Shown piece after piece: positions 14,481 through 27,276 of a DNA stretch of 61,954 nt (its first letter is position 1; each line of letters opens with the position of its first letter). A model generated the notes under the pieces. The model worked only from the letters and a program-made list of their open reading frames with translations, was not told the DNA's origin and searched no databases. A program made the position numbers and the translations under genes. Origin of the DNA: Octopus bimaculoides (lineage: Eukaryota); the NCBI RefSeq assembly GCF_001194135.2, contig NC_069000.1, positions 14,760,024-14,821,977 of the forward strand, in the 5' to 3' direction.

Positions 14481-14902
14481 TTTTTTATTAGAAAAATTTT
14501 GCAAGCTCCATTAAGCATTTCAGTGCTAAGTACCTTACTAATGAAAATAACACACTATCTTCTCCTGCCTATAGATAACAATTTACAAATATTATATTTT
14601 CCTGCTCATAAGGTACGTACTACACTGAAAGAAAAAAAAACCCTTAATCAATCTATGTCTTATTCAAAAGTTACGTTGTAAAGTAGAATTCAACAACTGG
14701 GTCCAGCCCTAGTCTCGTAATATAGTCTATAGTTTCAGTTCATATTTTATGAATATATTCCAGTACTATAAATATGATATTTATTAGTTGTCTAATGTAT
14801 TGACGGCAACGAATAAGATGTTTACATTAGATTGTTGGTAGCAGTTACAGAACCCTATATATTTTTGTTCGGTTCATGTTGAGTGACGAATCGACAAGGA
14901 TG

Positions 14903-14935
<33 letters not shown>

Positions 14936-15221
14936 TGTATGTATGTATGTATGTATGTATACATATATATATANNNNNNNNNNNNNNNNNNNNNNNNNNN
15001 NNNNNNNNNNNNNNNNNNNNNNNNNNNNNNNNNNNNNNNNNNNNNNNNNNNNNNNGGCTTTCCGTTTTCCTATGTGTTCGTTCCGTTGTCTGTAGTTCAT
15101 TGTTCTAACGTCCTGTACCCTGATATGCATATATATACACATGTAGATGTAAGTATGTACATATATGTGTGTATACATGTATATATATTCTTTGTATTAT
15201 ATATATATATATATATATATG

Positions 15222-15425
15222 CAGGGTACGTAAGGTATTTGAGGACATACCTTTTTGGGGTCATTGCTGCATTTTTTGCTAACTCTGTATAATCTTTGTT
15301 TCAGAAAATAATAACGGCAGACCCTCAGCTTACTCAAGAAATGAAGAGGCATGCTGTTAATGTGGTTATAAAAGCTGAGCATAGCGGTTTAGAAATATCT
15401 CGATTTTTAAAAATTGTCGAGAATG
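15222..15425 (+). mobile_element. Tc1/mariner-superfamily 5' fragment
   Basis: CAGGGTACG terminus next to (TA)n; peptide QLTQEMKRHAVNVVIKAEHSGLEISRFLK resembles a transposase N-terminal HTH. Confidence 0.5.
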
Positions 15426-15525
15426 TCAGTATATCACACTTTTTCAACTTTATGCTACATATATACATATGCATATATATACTACATATATACATATATA
15501 TAGAAATACATAACATACATATATC

Positions 15526-15619
<94 letters not shown>

Positions 15620-15645
15620 TGCATATATGCATATATACACGTATA

Positions 15646-15717
<72 letters not shown>

Positions 15718-16932
15718 CATGGATGCACACTTACATATACATACATGTGCATATGTATATGAATACATACCTATACGTACACAGTCAAGCACATACATAC
15801 ATGCATACACACACAAACACACACACACAGCAGGTAACAGTGCTAAAAACAATAAAGAAAAGCTTCGGATTAAACAAGGGTGCAGACTGCTGACAAATAT
15901 TTACAGTGACGTGATTCTCAAGATGTTTCATTCGTTTCTCCGCGGCAGGTGAAATGTCGGTAGTCATCGTTTGCTCATCTAAAAATGATCATCACAAGAT
16001 GGAATGCAGAAGTGTTTATAGAAGTACATTCATGGGGTTGTTGGAAGTAGAACAACGATGTATTGTTCGTAATAAACAGGGTTTCTCGAATTAGCGCAAT
16101 ACCACAAATCTGTAGGGACGAAACTAAACACAAATGTGAAGTGAAGCAGTATTTGTTTACACCAGCGTCTTATTGCTTCTAGCGCCCCGTCGCCATTTTG
16201 AATGGAACATGGACTGAAATTTGGTGGGAGATCCTAGTTGTATGTCGACCCCAATTGCTCAACTGATACTTATTTGATCGACCCTTTGTGGTTAAGAAGC
16301 TCGTTTTGGGGTTCAATCCTACTGAATGGCATCTTTAGCAAGTGTCTTTAGCTATAACCCCGGATCGACCAATGCTTTGTGAGTAAACAGAAACTGTGTG
16401 AAAACCCTTCATGTGTGTGTGTGTGTGTGTGTGTTTTTGTTTGCAACCCCACCCCCACCCCCACCGCCTGACAGCCGTTGTTGGTTTGTTTATGTCCCCG
16501 TAATCTAACAGTTCGGCACAAGATACCAGACTTTAAAAAACTAAGTATTTGAATAGATTTGTTCGACTAAATCGCTTGAGCATGAAGTGTTTCAAGACGA
16601 TGCCCAAGCATGGCCGCAATCCAATGACTGAAACAAGACAAAAGGTACATATCCCAAGGGAGATTTGGGATCTATTTCTAGCCAGTCAAAATACCAAATA
16701 TTGATCTCGGCGGCATTTGAACTCAGAACGTAAAGAGCCGGAAGAAATACTGGTAAGCGTTTGTCTGATGCGCTAACGGTTCTGCCAGTTCACTGTCTTT
16801 GCCAGCTCTAGTATAAAGCCAAAAGTTGCTGTTGCGTCACAGGAAGCTTTGATCGACGAAACCTATGATTAAACGTCGTTTTGTTCGTGGCGGCAGCGTG
16901 TGCTTTGAGGCAGAATTAATTGCTCTTTCAAG

Positions 16933-17109
16933 CCACATAGAGACACCCTCCTTGATCCGAAAAGCGAGGAATTTGTACAGAGAATACTTAGAGAACTGAC
17001 ATGGCTGAAGGTTAGATTTATGGTCCTGGAGAGTTACAAGGCAATGAATGACCAAGGCATTTTGCCAGACACAATCATCCTCCTTGATGAGGAGAATGAA
17101 TGCTTCTAA
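16933..17109 (+). CDS. Candidate terminal exon of an unidentified plus-strand gene (PHRDTLLDPKSEEFVQRILRELTWLKVRFMVLESYKAMNDQGILPDTIILLDEENECF*)
   Basis: ttgctctttcaag| acceptor, 58 open codons of non-repetitive composition, TAA immediately followed by AATAAA (17110-17115). I do not recognise a homolog. Confidence 0.45.
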   Translation, partial: PHRDTLLDPKSEEFVQRILRELTWLKVRFMVLESYKAMNDQGILPDTIILLDEENECF

Positions 17110-17199
17110 AATAAACACGCAGCTAGAAATTTTTTATAGGGATCCATGTACTTGACTGATACATTGTGTATCGTTCTCAAAAAAAAAAATGAATGGAAA

Positions 17200-17971
17200 A
17201 TTTGGCACTGGTAGGATTTGAACACTGAATATTAAGAACCAGAATAAATAATTCAAGGCATTTTGTGAAACACTTTAACGGTTTCACCAATCCACCACGC
17301 TTCATAATAATGGTTTCAGATTTTGGCCCAAAGCCAGTATTTCGTGGAAGGGGATAAGTCGATTACATTGATAACAGTGCTCAACTGGTATTTATTTTAT
17401 CGATTCCAAATGAATGAAAGGCAAAATCGACCGCAGCAGCATTTAAAATCAGAGCGTAAAGAGTTGGAAGAAATGCCACTGGGCATTTTGTCCGGCGTGC
17501 CAACTAATCTGCCAACTCGCTGCCTTAATAATAATGGTTTTAAATTTTGGCACAGGGCCAGAAATTTTTGAGAGGGGGAGGAAGTCGATTACATCTACAC
17601 CAGTACTTCACTGGTACTTATTTTATCGACTCCAAAAGGATGAAAGGCAGAGCTGACCGGGTGGAATTTGAATGAGAGACGGACGAAATGCCGCTATGTA
17701 CTTACTTTGTCCGGAATGGTAAAGGTTCTGCCAACTCGCCGCCTTAATAATAATGGTTTCAAATTTTGTCACAGGGTCGATAGTTTTTTGAGGGATGGGG
17801 GCAAGTTAATCACATCAACCTCCCCAATACTTGACTAGAACAAATTTATCGACCCCGAAGGAATGAAAGGCAAAATCAACCTCTGCGGAATTTGAACTCA
17901 GAACGTAAAGACAGGCGAAATACCGCTAAGCATTTCCCCCATCGTGCTAACGATCCTGCTAGCTCACCATT

Positions 17972-18007
<36 letters not shown>

Positions 18008-18194
18008 CTTTCTACTAACTAAAGGCACAAGGCCTGAAATTTTGTGGGAGGGGGTCTAGTCGATTAGATTGATCCTCTCCCCCAATGTTTCACTGGTACT
18101 TAATTCATCGACCCCGAAAGGATGAAAGGCAAAGTCGACCTCGGCAGAATTTGAACTCAGAACGGCATACTAACGATTCTGCCACCTATCCACC

Positions 18195-18231
<37 letters not shown>

Positions 18232-18472
18232 TGATGATGATGATGATAATAATAATAATCCTTTCTACTGAAGGCACAAGGCCTGAAATTTGGGAGGGGG
18301 GGACTAGTTGATTACATGGACCCAGTGTTTAACTGATTCTTATTTTATTGACCCCGAAAGGATGAGAGGCAAAGTCAACCTCGGCAGAATTTGAACTCAG
18401 AACGTAAAGACGGGCGAAATGCCGCTAAGCATTTCGCCCAGCGTGCTAACGATTCTGCTAGCTCGCTACCTT
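17200..18472 (-). mobile_element. Head-to-tail array of about 6 family-B SINEs with (ATT)n tails
   Basis: Each unit reads aaggcggcgagctggcagaa...gagttcaaattcc...ttgcctttcatcctttcggggtcgata...gtaccag...(att)n. Junctions at about 17302, 17526, 17745, 17973, 18196. Confidence 0.85.
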
Positions 18473-19647
18473 AGTGATAATAAGACTAATTACATGTTAT
18501 TTCTGACCTTGGCTCAGTGCCACAAATGAGTAGATAATTAACTTATATAGTCAATTATATTGACTTACATTTACATGCTGGGAACTCTTTTTGTTTTTAA
18601 TCACTTCTCTCCACCCTACCCGAAGAAAGTGCTTGGCTAATCAACTCCAGCAGAATTCGAACTCAGAATTTTGTCGGAATGAAACTAAATACAGCAAAAC
18701 AGCTGTCTACCACTTTTACTGTACTGATAATATAAACGATTTCTAAATTTGGCACAAAGTCACTGCTTCATAAGCATAAGGTGTAGTCGTTTATGGCAAC
18801 CGCACTATTTGCTTTCTGACTTTATTTCATCAAACCCGAACAGATTATAAAGAAAAATGTCAACCACTGGCGGAACTTCTACACAAGGCGTAAATAATGT
18901 CACTTTAATACTGCAATTCATTTAGTTCGACAGCCTTCCATCAATGACACTGCTTTAGTAGTACCCGTACTAATATCTAACACAGGCACAAGGCTAAGTT
19001 TTAGCAGTTGTATAGTTGTCATATATAAAAGTTTATTTTATTAGAAGATTTAAAATACTAAGAAGCAGGAAAGGAGATAAGAAGGGAAAAGAAATAAAAG
19101 GAGGGAAAAAAAAGAAAGAAAATGGTGGGGGAGGGTTAAAGCAGCGGAAGATAGAAAGGGCGGGGATGATCCCAGAACAAATAGAGTGCTCAACCGCGCC
19201 CCGCGATAATGACCACGATGGTGTTTGCCGCTCAGAACGGCACTCGCTGTTCTAGATTGATTTCAAATTTTGGCACAAGGCCAGCAGTTTCGGAGATAGG
19301 GGTAAGTCGATTACAACTGGTGTTCAACTGGTCTTTATTTTATCGACCCCCAAAGGATAAAAGGCAACGTCGACCTCTGCGGAATCTGAGCTCAGAACAT
19401 AAAGACGGACAAAATACTACAAAGCATTTTCCCGGCGTGCTAACGGTTCTGCCAGCTCTCCGCTTTATAATTGTTTTATATTAATCGGGAAAATATCTAC
19501 TTGGTATCATAGTTCCCTCTTACTTATAAAACTTCCCACTTACTTATAAAAGTCAATGTGTACAAACATTTTATGTCGTGCATTTTCCATCCCTGTGACA
19601 AAAAGTTTGTGCATCCTAAATTTATAATGAGCATAGTTAATATTTAC

Positions 19648-20407
19648 NNNNNNNNNNNNNNNNNNNNNNNNNNNNNNNNNNNNNNNNNNNNNNNNNNNNN
19701 NNNNNNNNNNNNNNNNNNNNNNNNNNNNNNNNNNNNNNNNNNNNNNNNNNNNNNNNNNNNNNNNNNNNNNNNNNNNNNNNNNNNNNNNNNNNNNNNNNNN
19801 NNNNNNNNNNNNNNNNNNNNNNNNNNNNNNNNNNNNNNNNNNNNNNNNNNNNNNNNNNNNNNNNNNNNNNNNNNNNNNNNNNNNNNNNNNNNNNNNNNNN
19901 NNNNNNNNNNNNNNNNNNNNNNNNNNNNNNNNNNNNNNNNNNNNNNNNNNNNNNNNNNNNNNNNNNNNNNNNNNNNNNNNNNNNNNNNNNNNNNNNNNNN
20001 NNNNNNNNNNNNNNNNNNNNNNNNNNNNNNNNNNNNNNNNNNNNNNNNNNNNNNNNNNNNNNNNNNNNNNNNNNNNNNNNNNNNNNNNNNNNNNNNNNNN
20101 NNNNNNNNNNNNNNNNNNNNNNNNNNNNNNNNNNNNNNNNNNNNNNNNNNNNNNNNNNNNNNNNNNNNNNNNNNNNNNNNNNNNNNNNNNNNNNNNNNNN
20201 NNNNNNNNNNNNNNNNNNNNNNNNNNNNNNNNNNNNNNNNNNNNNNNNNNNNNNNNNNNNNNNNNNNNNNNNNNNNNNNNNNNNNNNNNNNNNNNNNNNN
20301 NNNNNNNNNNNNNNNNNNNNNNNNNNNNNNNNNNNNNNNNNNNNNNNNNNNNNNNNNNNNNNNNNNNNNNNNNNNNNNNNNNNNNNNNNNNNNNNNNNNN
20401 NNNNNNN
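19648..20407. other. Assembly gap (N run) truncating the J-domain ORF
   Basis: Other gaps: 666-1562, 2987-3879, 6297-7114, 10171-10521, 14974-15055, 50222-50241, 60828-60963; most abut TA/GA microsatellites. Confidence 0.99.
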
Positions 20408-20783
20408 CATTTCTTTCTTTGCGTCGGTACTGATCACTGAAATTGTTGTCGTTGGTTTTATTTTCATAGCTCTTATCCTGATCCGGTGAATCGTAGAACC
20501 TAAAAGTCCTTGTTCTCGAACGAGGGTCGTATGTAGTCTTCGTTTGAAACCGCTTACTTTCGTCTCCTTTCTGACAGTACTTTCGCTGGAAATCATAATC
20601 TTGCCGGCTCTCTTTATTCTTTAGAACTTCGTAAGCTTTGGAAAGTTCTTTAAACTTTTCTTCGGCATCTTCGCTTTTGTTTTTATCTGGATGTAATTTC
20701 TTGGCCAGTTTTTTATACGATTTTTTAATTTCTTCGGCTGTTGCGTTTTCATCCACCCCAACTATAGAATATAGATTCTTCAT
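20408..20783 (-). CDS. J-domain (DnaJ/Hsp40) co-chaperone, N-terminal part; 3' end lost in assembly gap 19648-20407
   Basis: MKNLYSIVGVDENATAEEIKKSYKKLAKKLHPDKNKSEDAEEKFKELSKAYEVLKNKESRQDYD is a canonical J domain with the HPD motif. No signal peptide and no G/F-rich linker follow. About 125 codons are open up to the gap. Confidence 0.92.
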
Positions 20784-22968
20784 TTTTTATCATTTAATAT
20801 CAACAGTTTTCAGTTTGTTAGTTTTCGATTTTTTTGTTTTGTTTTCGAGTTGTATTTTTTTTTTATTCCTATATGTATCTTTCGTTCGCATCAGCCTTGT
20901 ATAATAAATACTAGCGGTCAAGAATATTATCTAATTTCCAGCCAACTTTTGGGTGCAGTCTGAAGTAAATGACAAGCAATACCAGCTGTAGAATGGTGGG
21001 GAGCCATTTTATCACTGAACTTACTATTCCTTATTTACATCTGACGTCAGGTGCCGTCGGAATGCTAAATGCCAACAAGCAGAAAATAGTAACCCAACTG
21101 CTTGCCTTTTTTTTTTCTTTCTCTCTTTCCTCTGCCGCGATAATGAATCTTTAAGAATTACATATATATATATGTATAAAGGGGTCTTTCATTTAGATCT
21201 AATAATAATGATTTCAACGTGAGCAGAGCAGAGACAGAACAGCAGGCAGATAGAGAAAAGGAAGGGAATGACTGTGTAATGGTGAGTACGAGAGAGAGAT
21301 TGACAGATAAACAGAAAGAGAGAGAACGACAGAGTAATGAAGAAGAGGGGGGAAATGTAGAAGAATAGGAGTGCGGTAGACAAACTTAAAGAGTAGTTTG
21401 TGTATATTTGAGAGAGAGGAAGAACTGACAGACACCAGACTGACAGAAAAAGATATGAAGAGGAGTGTGTGTCGGGCAGGGAGGAAGGAGTGTGCGTGCG
21501 TTTGTTGTTACATAACCCTTGGTCAGCATTAACTAAGCAGACACGATCAAAGACATTAGAATTACCACCATCCCGTCTATTTAAGGGTTATGTGGGACTG
21601 CATTATCTAAAGTCCCATTATGTAAGACCACAAGGTTGTGAGCTAAGAGAGATTTGGCCGTTATTTCTAGCAATACGAGTTCTCACGTACAGGCTCCATG
21701 GGAGTGTTGTATGTGTTTGTACCTGTGTCGGCGTATGTGTACGAGTTCACCTGATGTTAAAGAGAAACCGATTAAAAACGAAATTTTTAATATTGAAACT
21801 TGCACTCTGTTTCTCTCACGTACACACATGCATACACATACAGGCACACTCAAACACATACATACATACATACATACATACATACATACAATGTGTTGGT
21901 ATATTCGTGAATAAGTCAATAACCGAAATAAGTTGATCTATTGTTTAGGAAAATACTATTCATTTGTTTAAGGGTTGTACTGGATAAATTGCGAAAATAG
22001 CTCTACCAGTTCAAATACTAAGAAATAAGCATACTCAATTTCATTTTTACCAAATAATTTAGGAAAATGAATGGGTTATTTCCCTTGGCTACATATAAGG
22101 ATCCCTTCCAATGGCCAATGGATTATTTCTCTTGGTTTTTAAAATAAAATATATTAGATATATATAAGGATCCCTTCCAGGGGCCCTATTATCGATTTTT
22201 TTTCGACAACCTGAGTATGCCATGAGGTTTCCAGACATGAGTTCTACTCACATGTCAAGTTTCATCAAAATGGATAAAATGATGTAGGAGGAGTTAGCTA
22301 ACAACTCCACAAACACACCCATAGACAGAATTTCCCACATATGTAGTAAATCATACGTATGTATGTATGTATGTATGTATGTATGTGTGCGTATGCGTGC
22401 ACGCGGTCTTTATGCTTGTGTTTGTCCCTACCACTGTTTGACAACTGGTGTTGGTCTGTTTATGTCACTGGAAAAGAGACTGATAGAATAAGTACGAGAC
22501 AGCAAAAAACAATAAAAAAAAAGAAGAGAAAAGAAAAGAAAAAGGAACAAGTACTGGCGTCGATTTGTTCGACTAAACCCTTCAACTTCAAAATAGTGCT
22601 CCAGCATGGCCGCAATCTAAAGACTGAAACAAGTAAGACACAAAAGATAGCGTGGTGGAGCGTAGGAGCGGAACTACATTGAGTGTCCACTTGAAATACG
22701 TGTTTTTGCTGTAGTCAAAGGTTTGTCGTGTTTAACGAAGGAGGCGGCCAATTTGGTTGCAGCGCAGAGCGATCAAAATCTACGCAACGCCACTGTTTAA
22801 ATACATAGGCTCATATGTATGTATGAATGTATTACGTGTGTACATATGTATGTATGTATGTGTGGGTTGTGTTTTCTTTTTCTCTTTTAATTTAAAGTTA
22901 AATTTGACCGGCCATCTTCTCTTGTATGTTTTTAGTCACTCACTCTCTCTCACTCTCTCTCTCTCACA

Positions 22969-22999
<31 letters not shown>

Positions 23000-23015
23000 T
23001 CTCTCTCTCTCCCTC

Positions 23016-23099
<84 letters not shown>

Positions 23100-24332
23100 A
23101 TAACAAACAAGTAAGACGAAGAGAAATATAAAGTGAGGGAATTGACAAACAAAATGTATGAAGTTAGACAAGTAAAACATGTCATGGATAAAGTGTAGAA
23201 AAATTAAATGAAAGAATAAAACCAGAGAATATGTGCAATGAAAACAAATACGCCAAATGAAAAGAGATAAAAGACGACCTGACATTTTTAGCTATATCCT
23301 TTATTAAAGAAAAGTAAAAGAATTAAGAGGAGGATAAATAGAAAGGAGAAACGATACCAAATTTATGACCAAGTAAGGGGAGAAAAGGGGAAACAATTCA
23401 GAATGCAGCTCTCTTCTTTTTTTCTTTTTTCTAAGGCTCTTTGGCGAAGTGTAGCCTCTGTGTAATATGTCCAAGCATTAGCAAGTAAATTGGTAAGTAA
23501 ATTGTCGTAGTCGAATTGATAAATACACACAGATTAAGTTCGTCTTAGGTCAAAGACATTTAATTATAAGGATATTAAACAACTAAAGTATATTCATGTA
23601 TGCTATGCATCCGTGAGGAGCCTTTAATAGAAATCAGAAACACATTAGTAGTTATCTTCTGTAGATGTTCATGAAAAACAAAATCGTATTAGTCGTTGGT
23701 AATTGTTGTTGTTTAGCCCCGAGACGGCCTTGATTGAGCAGACGACCTATGATCAAAGATGTTCCAATTTTAACCATCCAATCTCTTTTTGTTTTCTTTT
23801 TTTTTCAAACGAGTTCGTTACAACCGGAATGCTTTTGATCATAGTACGGCATACGGCATATCGTAATTATACGAATATACTTTAGCTATTTAATATTCTA
23901 ATCAGTACATATGCTTTCATTTACCAATCTCTTATGAGTCAAGAATGACGACTCTTCATTGGCACGAGATGATTTTAAGGCGGGTTTCTGACAAAATTAG
24001 ATTAAGGTTAACTGACGCCCTTTAAGCACAACCCAGCACCCGTGTCCCCCTCGACCCTTCCATTGTTTAAATGGCAATACATTAAATGTTAAATGTGAAA
24101 TAACAGGCTAAAAATTCAGTTTTTTTTTGTTGCTTATCCGTCATAACTACTTTAAATATAATCTTTTTATTTTTAATTATATTTATTTAACACTAATTAA
24201 CAGCGAGCAATATAAGTAAATTATGACTAGGGCAACAGGGAAAAATTTTTAAATGTTCAACAACTTGTGACTGCTATGTATATAGTTGTTGTTGGCACTC
24301 CGTCGCTTACGACGTCGAGGGTTCCACTAAAG

Positions 24333-25059
24333 CCAGGATCTTTCCAGCTGATTTCTGGGCCCGAAACTTCTTGGGACGCAGTGAACTGCCGTGGAGCCAC
24401 TCCATTGATTGCTGCTTGGTCTTGGGATCATAATAATGAAGCCAAGTTTCATCCATGGCGACGATACGAGCCATAAAATCAGCCTCTCTCGCCGCAAACC
24501 GGTTCAAAATGGCGTTTGATGTCGTCACTCTGATGCGCTTCTGATCTGCGTTCAGGCATTTCAGAACCTATTTTGCGGACAGCTTTCTGATATCCAGAAT
24601 GTTGTGGATGATGTGGCCAACTCATTCGTAGCTGAAATCTGGCAATCCTCGAGAATCATGACATGCACAGAGCCGGTTTTGTCCTCTGTGGTCACGGAAG
24701 TTGCCCGTCCTGACCAGGGTTCATCTGTAACCTCGAAATGACCAGTCTGAAACTTTGACACCCAAATTTTCACTGTGGAGTAAGACGGGAAACCATCCTC
24801 TAAGATCCTTCATCTCGCCATGGATATCCGTCGCACCTTTGCTTTGCAAAAAGAACTTCATGACCACTCGCGCTACAATTTGACCAAAATCCATTGCAGG
24901 AGCTGCCATCATGCGTTAAATCTGCAAAAATATGAAAGATATATTGCATACCATTATGATTTTTTGCATATTTTCTCCTAAATAATTGTCCTACCTCCCC
25001 TGTAAAGCTCTACCCTTTCGTGATACCCTTAAAGCCAGAAACTTTTCGGCACCCTCTTG
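24333..25059 (-). mobile_element. mariner transposon 5' portion (degenerate)
   Basis: IVAMDETWLHYYDPKTKQQSMEW...PKKFRAQKSAGK (first catalytic D) and HTH-region KIWVSKFQTGHFEVTDEPWSG in shifted frames. TIR-like end TA|CAAGAGGGTGCCGAAAAGTTTCTGG at about 25035-25061. Cut at about 24333 by a SINE tail. Confidence 0.88.
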
Positions 25060-25869
25060 TAGTATATGTCATACATGTTGTAACAGCTTATATGTTGTTG
25101 CTAATAGCAATTCTTGACAAGAGAAATTAAGCAGGGGAACATTGAGGAAAGTGACTGAAAACAGCAAAGGTGAGAGTCGCTGCTTTTGCAACCTGGGTCG
25201 GGCAGCGATCGAAGCGCTCTTTTTTTATCACAGAGAGATGAGTTTCTGATTTTATGACCGTCATCACAAATGTAATTCATAAAATAGAAAAGTAAAGTGG
25301 TCAGAACTGATTAGGCGAATTAGAGAAAATCGTTTATTGCGAGACTAATAATATATAAAAAAAACAAACATGCATTTGGATTTCTTTTGTGAAATTTCAC
25401 AGATATACCGAAACTACCACCCAGTGAATCACACATTCGGGTTTCGAATTTGGCGAGAACTCAAACTATAGCGCGAGCGCGCGTGCACACACACACACAG
25501 CTGTTATAATTTACCATTTACACCATAGAGCCGAAAGAAATGCCACTAAGCAGTTTATCCGACGTGCTAACGATTCTTGCCAGCACGCCGTTATTCGCTT
25601 GCATATTAATTAAACAAATTGTTATTTTCACATCTGCAGTTTTTCCTCATTGTCAACGCTTAAAAACAAAACAAAACAAAAAAGAAGTTTACTCGAAAGC
25701 AAGTTTGCCTGGGGTACCAACATCGCACCCTTAGAGTTGGCGCTGGTTGGCGTAGCCGGAATAGGAAGAAGAGATTGCGAATGGGAGACGTCGACAGCCT
25801 TCATTGTCTCTTTCTCTCCAAATATATTCACATTTCATTTGACAGGCATGCTAAGCTGTCAATTTATAC

Positions 25870-25991
25870 GATATAAATACACACATACACACACACACAT
25901 ACATACATACATACATACATACACACACACATATATGTATAAAAATATATATATATACATATACACACATATACATCCACAAAGAACGTAA

Positions 25992-26084
<93 letters not shown>

Positions 26085-26101
26085 TATACATATATATATA
26101 T

Positions 26102-26158
<57 letters not shown>

Positions 26159-26818
26159 CTTATATTATATATACACATACACGTCCTACAGCCAGTACGT
26201 GCATATGTACAAAAACATACAAATATTATATACACACGTGTATGTATACATGCATGCATGTATGCATACATGTGTGTGTAGGTTCGTACATACGTATATG
26301 TATGTATGTGTGTGTGTATGTGTGTGTGTGTGTGTGTGTTTACTAAACATACCCTCTGTTCGGGTGTACGGTGAGGTTAAGATGCGGCAGGGTGTGATGA
26401 AAAGTGAGATCATCCATAGTACACATGTGTTGTGGGATAAAAATAACTTGCATCGCGAGAGAGAGAGAGATCCCATATTAATACTTTGCGCGCGCACGCA
26501 CGCACACATACACACATACACACATGCGTGCCTCTATGCATTTTGTTACATTATGAACAAGTATGCGTAACGCTAAGGTTGTGTATGGATATATTATAGG
26601 TAGGATGTTATAGGTAGTATGTATAAATGCATGCATGTGTGTGTGTGTGCGTGCGTGTGTGTGTATATATATATACACATATTCCCATATGCACACTATA
26701 CATGAGTGTACTTTGGGATGTATGTATACGTATATGTGTACACACACACACATATATATATATATATACGCGTATGTATACATTTGTGTGTGTGTGTGTG
26801 TGTGTATGTGTGTGTGTA

Positions 26819-26868
<50 letters not shown>

Positions 26869-26926
26869 TATTCCCACATGCACACTACACATGAGTGTGC
26901 TTTGGGACGTATGTATATGTATATGT

Positions 26927-26985
<59 letters not shown>

Positions 26986-27060
26986 CACGTATGTATACAT
27001 TTGTGTGTGTGTGTGTATGTATGTGTGTGTGTGTGAGTGTGTGTGTGTGTGTGTGTCTGA
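25870..27060. repeat. Compound (TA)/(CA)/(TACA) microsatellite block including a ~190-bp tandem duplication (~26660-27010)
   Basis: Direct reading; cacatattccca(t/c)atgcacacta(t/c)acatgagtgt occurs twice. Confidence 0.85.
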
Positions 27061-27245
27061 GTAAGCATTATATGTAAGCTGCTAGTAGTAAAAGTAACGG
27101 CAACAGTTTTCGGTTTGCCAAGACAACCAGCGCCAACATTTTTCAGGGTGCGTTAAGTGGTAGAAAATACGGTCTTGTTGCCTTATTAAACAACCACACA
27201 CCGCTTTACAGAAGACAACTCTATGAGGACTACACACACACATTG

Positions 27246-27276
<31 letters not shown>

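Noticed and set aside
17200-18472. CRISPR-like appearance of regularly spaced repeats (also the 61-bp array at 41696-41915)
   Set aside because: Units are whole SINEs or direct tandem repeats without unique spacers; eukaryotic DNA with no cas genes
14855-27077. Many [16 protein letters not shown]-rich ORFs
   Set aside because: Translations of di- and tetranucleotide microsatellites
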